Below are positions 47,366 to 58,218 of a stretch of 64,000 nucleotides of DNA, one piece after another. The stretch is from NCBI GenBank assembly GCA_016906335.1, contig JADEYG010000009.1, positions 1,488,001-1,552,000 of the forward strand, in the 5' to 3' direction. Position 1 is the stretch's first letter. The number at the start of each line of letters is the position of its first letter. The notes under the pieces are model-generated. The model was not told the DNA's origin. It worked only from the letters and a program-made list of their open reading frames with translations, and searched no databases. This DNA comes from Novakomyces olei (Eukaryota). A program made the translations under genes and the position numbers.

Positions 47366-48035
47366 TTATGACGGCCGGGCCACAAGCATACGGATGCTCG
47401 GCAGCATAGGTCGCAGTACCGGATCCTCGTGTCTGGCTGACTTGTCTGTAACAAAAATGTAGTTGCTCTTTGCCTTCGCCAGAGGTATCGAAACTGGGAT
47501 AGGAGCCGGATGAGGCAAAGGAGTGCTCGCCCACAAGGTTGAGTCAGACGTGCTCGGGGACGAAGCCGTCGTCAGGCCTGGAGGGTTCTCGTCAATACTG
47601 CTGTTTGTACTGCTGCTGCTGACAGCTGTCATATTTTGAGCCAACGGCCATAGTTGGTAGCTGCTGGCCTCTGCTGGAGACGATGGAGGTATCACGTACT
47701 TTTGTTCGTCGTTGTTTAGCAGAGCATTGACTGACAATGACCTTTCCCCCCGACAGTCTTGAGCTTCCAGCCTGTCTCGATGATTTTGTGGCAATGGAGA
47801 TTGCAGTAGCATTTTTCCGTGTTCATGAGAGGGTGAAAGGTCGCCTTTTACCATTGCCATTGAACCATTGATTTGACTGCTCTTTTCCTGTACGGTTGAG
47901 GGACGAATGCGCGGCGGGGAAAGTACCTCGATCTCACTGCGACGTCTGTACCGACGACGGCCAAACTTTCCGACCATGCAAGAGGTTTTAGCTTTTATAC
48001 TGAGAGCTTCTTTTACTTGTTGCTGCTGCTGTTGT

Positions 48036-48100
<65 letters not shown>

Positions 48101-49102
48101 TTGTTGCAATTGCTGCTTTTTCTCATCGTCACTGGGTCCGTTTGACTCGTTTGATTTGGCAGAGGCGCGTGAAGGCGAATTAGATAGAGACTGAGGAGAC
48201 GATTTCATGTAATGCGGAGATTTTGCCTGCGAGAGATCTGCATGAGACATGATCGGAGTAACGGAGGAGCAGCTGCTCCGACGCCGACGGCCGCAGGTTT
48301 CTTTACGGATCCGGATGCGCATTCCCTGATCAGCGAGCCATTCACAAAGCTCACTGGACTCTGTCATTCCGGGGAATTTTTTGGCAGAATAAACGACAAA
48401 CTCGTCGGAAAAGATACTTAAAGTTGGCCGCAAAGCACCTGCATCGCCACCATTGCTTCCAGTAGAAGCTGCTTCGTATACCGTAAACATTATACGAAAA
48501 ACTCCCTCTGGCCGAACGTTCAAATCGCCAAAGGCAAAATAGCCGGACATTCGATCAGCGGAACCCGTGGCTATTTCGGCCGCCTCTGAGGCTGATTTGG
48601 ATTCGTCTCCAGTAGTCGTCGATATGGTGGAGCATATGGGTGATGCATCGTCACGTACGTAGTACATTGACGTGATTACCGTGCCTGATAGCAATTGAGA
48701 ATTGCAGTCAATTGGCTGCATTGTTTTAGGCTCCACGATTGTGGCGAGGCAAAAGACGAGGCTGTTGAACGCGCTGCTTGTTAGAAAAGACGGAGGATAA
48801 AGATGAAAAGACAAACACCGAGAATTGAAGATTGTGAAAAGAAAAATTAAATAAATCTAGCATAAAAGCTTACAAATTAAATCAAAAAAATAATAAATAA
48901 AATAAAAATAAATTGTAAAAGTAGATCCACGTATCAGTGGGGGAACAACTCACCTTTCTAGAGCTTTTTGCGAATGAAAGTTTACCTGCAAAATTGGAGG
49001 CGGGTCGATAGGGCGGCGGTCTGGTTTTTCACCGTAGCCGCAAGATCGAGCTCTTATTGGTTGCTGTCTGATACATAATGTTTTTGCTCCGTCGCTCGCC
49101 AT
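47366..49102 (-). CDS. Velvet-domain transcription regulator (VosA/VelC-like) with poly-Q, 2 exons
   Basis: Exon 1 LCIRQQPIRARSCGYGEKPDRRPIDPPPILQ; exon 2 GYFAFGDLNVRPEGVFRIMF and SDEFVVYSAKKFPGMTESSELCEWLADQGMRIRIRKE. Confidence 0.92.
48018..48107 (-). repeat. CAG/CAA trinucleotide tract encoding about 30 Gln in the velvet protein
   Basis: (CTG/TTG)n on the + strand. Confidence 0.95.
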
Positions 49103-52100
49103 TACGGTGGTAAGGTAATGATGTGCGTTCGTTTGATGACCAAAATCCGATAATAAAAGGAGTTTCAACGAGCGAAAATAGCTTAGACTTCACAATAATC
49201 TATAAAAGACAACAAATTTATTAATAGTCCCTTTTTATTGATTGTAATTTTGACAGGTGTGCGAATAGTAAATTTGCAGAAAGCGGTAACCGAGTAGAAA
49301 CCACGTGGCCGAGATCGCCTCCCAAAATGGAACGGTAGTGATAAGGAGAAGCTTTGACAGGTTTTTGACAGCTATTCTTCGGAGACTTTATCTCAACGCT
49401 ACTTAGGCTTTCAAAGATTGAGACAGTCTGCTAGGTTTGCGAAGTTTTAGAAACTGTTACTGCAGAAACTGTAGGTGAAAATTCAAGTTCTGTTTTGACT
49501 TGTGCCGCTTTATAATGAGCAGGATGAAATCAGGGCGAGGGTATTTTAAAAGCCAAGCATCGAGAACGTTCAAGAACGAGGGATAGACAATTGGAGTTGT
49601 AGGTGAGGATGAAAGAGAGAAGGAATGAAAGAGCACAATGTGCGACGTGGAGATAACAAAAGAAAGAGGAAGAAGGAAGTAGGAAGTAGGGGAAATACCC
49701 GTATATAAGTATATTTTTTGGGACGGCATTAGCCTTCTGCTCGAGCGGCGCGTATGTGCGGAGTCGTGATTTGAGATGCATGAAAACGGCAAATATTGTA
49801 CAGAGCGGATTACGTAACTTAGAACAAAAATTACTAAGTAGGAAACTGAAAGGAGACAGAATAAAAACAACAGTATAAACAACCAAACGAGCCAGGGGCA
49901 AATAGACAGAAACAGAAAGAAGAAAGATGAGACAAGATGCGAAAGTCCGTCTAACGATAATGCAGAACAAGCGGATAAAGGGGAAGTGGAATAAGTAAAA
50001 ATTAAAAACAAAAGACACAAAGAATTAGAAGGAGAAGGTAAGATTAAGGGAAGGAAAGGACTTTGGCGACAAAGGAATTCGGAAAGAAAATTAAGGGAAA
50101 AGGGGCTAATGAGAGGGAAAGCGACTAGGAAAGGAGATGAAAAAATAAAAATATTGGAGAAAAGTTAATGCAAGCAAGATAGAAACCCGAAAAAAAGAAA
50201 AGAAAGGGGAAACACAGAGACACACATCGAGGAGATACGAGACTAACCCGTTGAGCAGCATTCAATACTAATCATTGAATAGATGCAAAACCATTACGCC
50301 ATTAACGTGGACGAGAATGGAAATAGTATGATGTGAAAGAAATGCAAGAGAATGCCGCAGCGCTCTGGTCATTATAGGAATTGATTCTTGATAGTCATAA
50401 TTTTATTACATTTTCACTAAAATGTCTCTCATTACTGGTGTCATCACAAATCGACAGTTGCATCTGATATATTCTGATTGTTTTTTAAAGGGACGGAAGG
50501 TGTGCAGGCGACGGCGAATCCTGCTTTCGTCTCGTATTAGGGATCCGTACTACTACCATTTCGGGACGAGTGGACACAACGAGTCGCGGAGACTGCCGTC
50601 ATCCTAACAAGACACATTATTGGACAAATGATGATTTACAACAGAAATAATTTGAGAGATTGAATTTTGCGCAAGCTTGTGTTTGATATCTACACTGAAT
50701 GGGACTTATTTCGAGCAGCAATATCGTATTTCTTCAATATTATTTGAGAGTTGTGCTTGGTTTCAGCTGTTGCGTATACTCCAATTATCAGATAAAGAAC
50801 TGCGTACACCTTCCGTTGAATAATCAGCTATTTCCGCTTGATTTTTTTGACGTCAAAGATGTCAATTGAATAGTAAAGGTAACTCATGAGCAAGCATTAC
50901 AGATCGACTATGCCCGGAACTTGTCCAGGGCCACGCGGCTTTTCCTGATTAGTAATCGCGCTTAGAGCCTAGTACAGAATAAAGGCACGAATTTCTCCTT
51001 CCCCGGAACGGATACATGTTTTTCGGGGTCGGTATTTGATTCTTTTAAATTGCAATGCAAAGTTCTCGTATAATCCTAATTGAGTAAGGCGGCCGTTGCA
51101 CGTTCCTTTGGATGCATTAGCGAATTCTCTCTTTTTTCCTCATTCTGGGAAGCAAGGTTTAAGCGCCTTCTGCCTGTTCTATTGCTTTAGTAATGCTCTT
51201 GCTCTAGTGCCGACAATGATCATCGGTTTTTGCTATATTTGCTTCCAAGTCTGATATCCTTTGAACCTGACATTTTGAAAATGCCGCCCCAGAAAGGTAG
51301 GCCGGCTTTGTTTAATTGTATTTTTTCCTAATTTGACTCTTTCTTGTATCTACAATCCGTTACTTCTCCATTGTTTTGAAGGCACACAGACCGGAATTTA
51401 TGTTTCGGATCGGCCCTGGCACTTAAACTAATTATGGGAATCGTCATATGCCAAAAGGAGATATCTTCCAGCGATTTTGTACAGCCTTTGGATTTAAGCA
51501 ATTAATTGTTGCATTATCCACGTGAGCGAGAAAGTACGTAATAAAACTCAATGTATACAATTTTTTATAGCTATGATTTACGTAAACTGGGGTTTGACAC
51601 ACAAAGTGCTTGTGTTTATAACTAAATATTTCCTACTCCATTATAATGGATTTGCATCCACGGAATCATTAGCAAAAATAAAATCAACTTAATTTCCATG
51701 TTAAGTCCGGTGGTGTCTACGATGTCTATGATGTCTATGCCGGCTTTCTAGGTCACGCGCATTGTCTTTCTGTGCCTGGAATCGTAATCTCCCGTGCTAG
51801 GTTTTTGGTTCTACCCTTTTCACCTACGATGGCCAGCCCTTCTTTGTAAATCCCGATTGAATTAGAGTTTGGCGCTATCACTGTTTACCCGCACATGAAC
51901 TGATATGCATATAGAGAGAATGACAGCGTGAGATGCCGAAGGCGCAGGAGATTAACCCTGCATAGATCAGAGGGGGATAATTGGATACGCAATGAAATAC
52001 ATTGATGAAACTAGGATAAGAAAATAGACTGACTATTAGCAACGCAACAGAGACGTAGTGGTGCAATAATATTAATCATGCAGACAGGTCTAGTACTTAT

Positions 52101-53382
52101 TTGGCAACGCACATATATCGATGAAATGTTAAGATCAGCCCTGCGTAAAAGCAGCCCTGCGCAAAAGCAGCCTGCTCGTCACAATACAGAAGGCCAAAGG
52201 GAGAAGGTAGGGGAGATGACGGGTCAGTTGTAAAATACGTGCTTGATGGAACGCTTCCAGACTGAATCAGTATGAATTGCAAAGGTCCAAGTCCGTCTAT
52301 AATATTAAGTACTCCGTCGGAGGCAAGTTATTTAATTAATGTTGGTTTTACGTCTAGATTAAAACACAGTTTCTTGGGTGAGAATTTGGAGAGACTGCAA
52401 GAGACTTGTCGCCGTGGAGATAAGAGTTGAGCGGCGTCAAAACTAATTAAAACAAATTTTGTCGTCCATAGTGCCAAAATGGTGGAGAAAGATCTCATAC
52501 TGAAACCCTGCGCTAAGGCGGCCGGACGGGTAATAAGCTTTTACTGTTCTCTCGACCAGCCTAAAGAAAAATCAACCAAGTAATGTTTGAAGCGATGCAG
52601 CGAGCGCCCAACATGATTGGTGGATATGTCTGGTTCCGTCGAGGTAAGTAAGGATAAAGTAATGTAGTCGCCTTCGGAATTATTAGATAAATGTCTGGGT
52701 ATGCCAAAGTAATGGTGTACGGGGACAAGTAGGAAAAGTAAGTAATAAAACAAATTCCTGTAGGTGAGTCGGTGATATGGCGCCGGTTCCCAGATTACTG
52801 TGATAGTATAGGCAACACTCAAGCCAAGCACTCCATATAGACAGAAATACCATTTTAATCACTTGTTATTAAAAGTACAATGTATTGGATTATTTGAGCA
52901 CTAGAAAGAAAATAAATGCGTATACTTGCCGCTAGAATATTAACTAGAATATTATATTATTAGACAAATTCTCATAACGCGGTTCTTTGCAACAGACTCG
53001 ATCTGAGCTCGACAGAGGTCAGAGGTCAATAGGTATGGCTGCTTTCTCTAATCCGTTTTTTATAATTCCGTACTACATCAATTGAATGGTGCTTTGGGTT
53101 CAGCAACTACTAAAGGGCCCATTTGAAACAATAAAGATGAAAAGCACTGTTTGCTGTCCGCTGCTGGACAACGCGGCTTTGCTATTTCCTCGTCAGCTTT
53201 GATGATGTGGTCTTTTTGCTTCAAGAAACCTGGTTCTTTAACGTCCGGCTGCCGTTGCACTGCTCAAAGTTGTCTCGCCTTGAATCCTCAGCACCCGACT
53301 TGTTCCGGGTTTGTCTCACCAAGTCTTTTGCACTAGTTTCCTCTCTTCTGGCCACTCACTATATCAACATATAAACATACAA

Positions 53383-53432
53383 TATGGAAATATTATATAG
53401 AAATATTATACGGAAATATTATATGGAAATAT
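53383..53432. repeat. 13-bp tandem repeat (ATGGAAATATTAT-like) x about 4 upstream of FAD2
   Basis: Read directly from the sequence. Confidence 0.8.
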
Positions 53433-53663
53433 GGCAGATGTCTAGGGCTACAAGGATTTGGTGCTGTTTTACTTGAAAATATGGTTTATTTCTTGGTGAT
53501 TATTATTATTATTTTATATTATTATATTATATATATAATACTTTTCCGACAAAGGCTAATCAAGCGTCCAGTTGGGTGAGCGTACAGCGATTGCACCCTT
53601 GCCACCTTCTCCGTCCCCCTGTAACTCTGATTTTCGCCCTGTTGAACGCCCGCGAGTATCGAA

Positions 53664-54971
53664 ATGTCGGCCGAAACTTCATCGGCTCAGACCTCACCTG
53701 CCGGCGCTCCCGCGATCAGGTCTCACGGCAAGGACTCTGCTGACCGGCCGGTCTTGTTCAAGGACACTTATGGCCGTGACTATCAGCTGCCTTCGTTCTC
53801 AATGAAGGAGATTTACGAGGCAATTCCCAGCAGGTGCTTCAAGCGGTCTTACCTGCGATCCTTTGCCTATGTCGCTCGGGACCTGGCGCTTATATTCGCG
53901 CTCGGTTACGTGGCAAGCACGTATATTCCGCGTATTCCGTACCTCGTTTTGCGCATAGCCGCCTTTATGGTCTATGGCTTTGTACAGGGTTTATTTGGTA
54001 CGGGCGTATGGGTTTTGGCTCACGAATGTGGACACGGTGCCTTTTCTGCCAGCAAGACTGTAAACGATGCAGTGGGCTGGGTCCTGCACTCTGCTCTGCT
54101 TGTCCCCTATTTTTCATGGAAATTTTCCCATTCTCTGCACCACAAGAATACGGGCAATCTCAAAACGGATACAGTGTTTGTTCCAAAGACGCGTACGGAT
54201 AAAGTCAATGCTTTAGCCGATGTACAAGACAGTTCGCTGCTGGAGAACTTTTTGGACCCGGAGCACGACGATGAAGAGTCTGGGTTCTATCATTTGGTAG
54301 AGGAAACGCCCTTGGCCACTGCCTACGTACTCCTGGCTCAGCAATTGGGAGGCTGGATCTTGTACCTGTTTACAAACGTAACCGGCCAAAAATACCCTGA
54401 CCGTAAAGGCGTGAACCATTTTAATCCGCAGTCTCCTCTGTTCACGGATCGCCAGCGACGTGCGATCGTCTACTCTGACGTTGGTCTTTTTTGCACTCTG
54501 GCTTCATTGGTTATTGCTGCCAGGGTTTTCGGTGCAGCTAATGTTGCCCTTTACTATGGCATTCCCTACCTGTGGGTCAATCACTGGCTCGTTCTCATTA
54601 CTTATCTGCAACACACTGACCCTGCTTTACCGCACTACCGCAATGGCGAATGGACTTTTGAGCGCGGAGCTTCTGCCACGATTGACCGCGATTTTGGGTT
54701 CATCGGCCGCCACCTGTTCCATGGGATTATTGAGACTCATGTCCTGCACCACCTTTGCTCACGGATTCCTTTCTACAACGCTGATGACGCCACCAAGGCT
54801 ATCCGCAAGGTCATGGGCGACGCTTACTTGCGCGATGAAACCAATCTGCTCGTCAGTTTATGGCGCACAGCTCGCATGTGCCAGTGGGTCGAGGATAGCG
54901 GTGACGTTGTCTTTTACCGTAACGCCAACCGGCTAGGAGCCAACTGGAACGGCCAGTATATTGCTAATTAG
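53664..54971 (+). CDS. FAD2: Delta-12 (omega-6) fatty acid desaturase
   Basis: Three His boxes HECGH, HSLHH and HVLHH; LLVPYFSWK; WLVLITYLQHTDP; ATIDRDFGFIGRHLFHGIIETH. Confidence 0.93.
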   Translation: MSAETSSAQTSPAGAPAIRSHGKDSADRPVLFKDTYGRDYQLPSFSMKEIYEAIPSRCFKRSYLRSFAYVARDLALIFALGYVASTYIPRIPYLVLRIAAFMVYGFVQGLFGTGVWVLAHECGHGAFSASKTVNDAVGWVLHSALLVPYFSWKFSHSLHHKNTGNLKTDTVFVPKTRTDKVNALADVQDSSLLENFLDPEHDDEESGFYHLVEETPLATAYVLLAQQLGGWILYLFTNVTGQKYPDRKGVNHFNPQSPLFTDRQRRAIVYSDVGLFCTLASLVIAARVFGAANVALYYGIPYLWVNHWLVLITYLQHTDPALPHYRNGEWTFERGASATIDRDFGFIGRHLFHGIIETHVLHHLCSRIPFYNADDATKAIRKVMGDAYLRDETNLLVSLWRTARMCQWVEDSGDVVFYRNANRLGANWNGQYIAN

Positions 54972-55960
54972 GCTGGTAGTCTTTGGAGGGGAAAGGTTCT
55001 CCAGACAAAGGTTAGTGATGCTTTTAGCACGGATTTTGGAATAGACCAGCCAGGAAAAAAAAATAAAAAAAAAAAAAAAAAAGAGAGATAAAATTAAAAA
55101 ATTTTAGGACAGCCAAACGACTGTCACGAACGGGAAACTGGAATGTGGAAGCGGGGACGAGACTGAGAGTGTCGACCGGATCGCGTTACGATAAACGAGC
55201 CTTTTTGATTCGTTTAAATGTTTACGCGGATAAATGTTGATGAGCACTCACTGGCTCGGTTCATTATTAGATATTCAATGTTTACATTTTAATTTTCTAT
55301 ATATATTTGCTATGGCAAAGGTGAATTATCGACGGCTGCAACTACATTCTTCATTGTGCTTCTTCATTGTTCATCAAGCCGATACGAGATATTTGAATTG
55401 CCAATCTCTCTAAAGTATCGACACAAAAGGGACGAAAAAAATTTCAAAAGGATCAAGGTTTTATCAAAAAAAATAGTCTGGTGCTTTATTTCTTGTATCA
55501 TTGCTCCGTATTCCAATTTGGTTTCATTATACCATAGATCTATCTCGTGCTCGACCGCACTTGTCTTGGTTCCACACAAGATGTAACTAGAAAGTTGATG
55601 TTTTGCGATAACAAAAGATTCTCGCTCTCAAAATGTAAATGCGTATAAGACTAAATGTGCTTAGTTGGTAAATGACAATAAACTGTACTACTGCTTTTGC
55701 CGTCGGTTTTCCAGTGAAAAAACACGTAAATTGGCAATCTACATTCTATAGGGAACAGTCTACTACGTTTGCCAACACGATGATAAAGGCATTTTTAAAT
55801 CAATATTATTTCACTGAACAGGGGCAATGCCGAAACCTCTGGAACCACTAGACATGACGCGCAAAATCACAATTAAATAAGCAAACCAGAGTTAAATAAA
55901 ACAAAAATAAGCAAAATATAAATAAAAGGGATATAAAATTAAAAAATATCCCTTTTGTTT

Positions 55961-57766
55961 TTAGAATTGCTCATCATTTTGGTCTTCCTCTTCTTGCCGT
56001 GCTACGAGCAAAGCTTGTGCCATTTGCAAAACTTCTTCTCGATCATTTCTCGCTTCTTCACACTGCTTTTGCCAATTAAAACATTCGCCCTCTAAAGACT
56101 CAATTCTTTCTTTTCCTTCATTCACAGCGCGTTTTAATCCCTCAATTTCTTCCTGCACTTTGCTACTCATATTATCTTCTTTCTTTGCAGCCTGCAATTG
56201 TTGCACTTTAGCTTCTAATGTCTGGATTTTGCCCATGTACTTTTGTTCATAGGACTGTTTGAGCGCCCGAACTTTGGTAATGTGCTTGTCACTATACTGC
56301 CGATGTAAGTCTTGAGCTATAGTGTTAATTGTCTGTTTATGACGGGCGTTCGTTGCCTCTAATTGCTCTTCAATTTGTGCAATTTTGACATTCAGCCGCT
56401 GTACTGTAGCTCGCAGCTCTTCCGTTTCCACTTGCTGACCTCTCAGCGCACTTTCCAGCAGAGAATTTTCACTACGAAGTCCAGCCAGTCGCTGATCTAG
56501 ATCTCGGCCCGTAAATTGAGGAATAGACTGGGGGGAAAGCAGTTTTTGTGGAGTTACATCGAGCAGGTGAAACGCTGATTTAGACAAATTTGTATGCGAG
56601 CTCGAAGCCGTTTCTTCTTCTCCCCCGTCTTGTTCTTTTGCCATTTTTTCGCCGTTTGAATAATCAGCTGTTCGGAAAGGAACAGTGTTCGCTATATCAA
56701 AAGCAGAATCGTTCGTTAGTCCCCCTATGATGTTTGCAGTATTGCCTCGATGATGAGGGTTTCTCGGCGCTGGTGTCTCCAGCGAAATAAGAAGATTGCC
56801 AACAGATTCCCGTCGACGATTCATTGAATGCTGCCGAGGCGTTTCTTGTTTCTGGTTTAAAAAGGACGTAGCTGCTCGTGGAGTAGATTCTGGCCCCAGC
56901 ATTGCTTGACTGGACGAGAAATCAGAAAGATGAGATCTTACTCTCGCTGCAAGCGCACTTTCCAGTACACGAACTCGTTGACGGGAAGATTTGGCTGCCG
57001 CCATTGGCGAAACTGTTCGTGGGATCTCGCGCGAGTAGAAACGCTCGTGATGAGGAGGCCTTAATTGGCCCTCTGTCATTGGCGTTTGTTCAGTGCGCGA
57101 GACGTGCGGTGTGCGGAGATTGATAGACTCGGCACGAGTGGGAGATTTGCTAAAGCGCGGTGCACGCAGGCTGGGCGTAGATTCCGGTTTGACCGCCGAG
57201 TTCGGTATAGAGGAACGAGCGTTCGGTATAGAGCGAGAGTCAGACCGGGGTGGTGAGACGATATTTGCGGATTTGCCCTCATCGTTCGACTGGCAAGCAG
57301 TGTCCTGTGTATTGACTTGCTTGGTAATAAAACTGCTCGCAGCAGAATCGTTCGCGCTAGAAATGTTGGCGTCCACTTCTTTTAAATCGTAATCGTTCGT
57401 TATCGTATCATCGCCTGATAAAACGTTCAAATCGTAATCGTCTTGTTTTGCCGGCAATTGCTCTGGCGATTCGCGTTTGTCCGCAAAAATATCAGTTACA
57501 CTGACTGGCGCTTCCTCCGAGCGCCGCAATTTGGCAAAATGAGGCTCGATTTCAAGACCGGCAGGCCGTTTTCCCGTAGGCGAGGAAGACCGGGATGAAC
57601 AGGACGTCGAAGTTTCTGTATCTTCCCCGCCATCAAGACCATCGTTCGCAACGGACTCATTTTTCAGCATTTCTTCATTGGCTCTGACCGGATCAAAATC
57701 GGCCTTGTCCACCTTGATTGGTGAAGGCGTGTTTAGCACGTTCTTATTAGGAGCCAGCATCGTCAA
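55961..57766 (-). CDS. Fungal TACC-type (Alp7/Slk19-like) spindle/kinetochore coiled-coil protein; start codon uncertain
   Basis: Disordered S/T-P-rich N-terminus and a C-terminal coiled coil with IAQDLHRQYSDKHITKVRALKQSYE, resembling the fungal TACC motif. The ORF track's first codon is TTG; the first ATG is two codons later. Confidence 0.65.
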   Translation of the reverse strand: MTMLAPNKNVLNTPSPIKVDKADFDPVRANEEMLKNESVANDGLDGGEDTETSTSCSSRSSSPTGKRPAGLEIEPHFAKLRRSEEAPVSVTDIFADKRESPEQLPAKQDDYDLNVLSGDDTITNDYDLKEVDANISSANDSAASSFITKQVNTQDTACQSNDEGKSANIVSPPRSDSRSIPNARSSIPNSAVKPESTPSLRAPRFSKSPTRAESINLRTPHVSRTEQTPMTEGQLRPPHHERFYSREIPRTVSPMAAAKSSRQRVRVLESALAARVRSHLSDFSSSQAMLGPESTPRAATSFLNQKQETPRQHSMNRRRESVGNLLISLETPAPRNPHHRGNTANIIGGLTNDSAFDIANTVPFRTADYSNGEKMAKEQDGGEEETASSSHTNLSKSAFHLLDVTPQKLLSPQSIPQFTGRDLDQRLAGLRSENSLLESALRGQQVETEELRATVQRLNVKIAQIEEQLEATNARHKQTINTIAQDLHRQYSDKHITKVRALKQSYEQKYMGKIQTLEAKVQQLQAAKKEDNMSSKVQEEIEGLKRAVNEGKERIESLEGECFNWQKQCEEARNDREEVLQMAQALLVARQEEEDQNDEQF

Positions 57767-58218
57767 GTAGCGGCCGGTGCTTTTGTTTCCTTGCCTTATT
57801 TTTTGATTTTAATTTAATTTGATTTATTTTTATTTATTTTATTTCAAATTTTTCCAGGCACCAGGTTGCGCTTAGAGTAGCGACTGGACCACTTTAAAGT
57901 ACGGCAATTTGTCTCTGCAAACTTGTAGGCTCTACTTGCTGGCAAAGTCTACACAAGTCCGAGCCGTACACAGCCAATACTCGATGTTTACCTTTTGTTT
58001 ACACCAAATCACGTGTAAGATTACTTGTGAGCTAACTTACACTTTGACTTAAAAGTCGCACACACTGTTTTGGGCGTCTGATATAATCCCCGTAAAATAA
58101 TGTTGTGTTACGGTAGCTGTACCTTAATTTATACCCCAACTGGCCCGGAACTTGGCACTCGGCTTCATTTTCACGAGTTATTCCTTAACTGGCCCAACCC
58201 GCATAATAGGCCGTCGAA

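Noticed and set aside
47907-48194. Poly-Cys ORF
   Set aside because: Antisense reading of the velvet poly-Q tract.
49457-50020. 187-aa and 162-aa hydrophobic ORFs upstream of the velvet gene
   Set aside because: Non-ATG starts; the F/L/S bias reflects pyrimidine-rich low-complexity DNA.
50628-50698. C/D snoRNA candidate (ATGATGA...CTGA)
   Set aside because: No clear terminal stem or recognisable rRNA antisense element; such boxes are common in AT-rich DNA.
55364-55630. Protein-like minus-strand ORF (HEIDLWYNETKLEYG...)
   Set aside because: No upstream ATG or splice path that keeps the frame, and no recognisable family.
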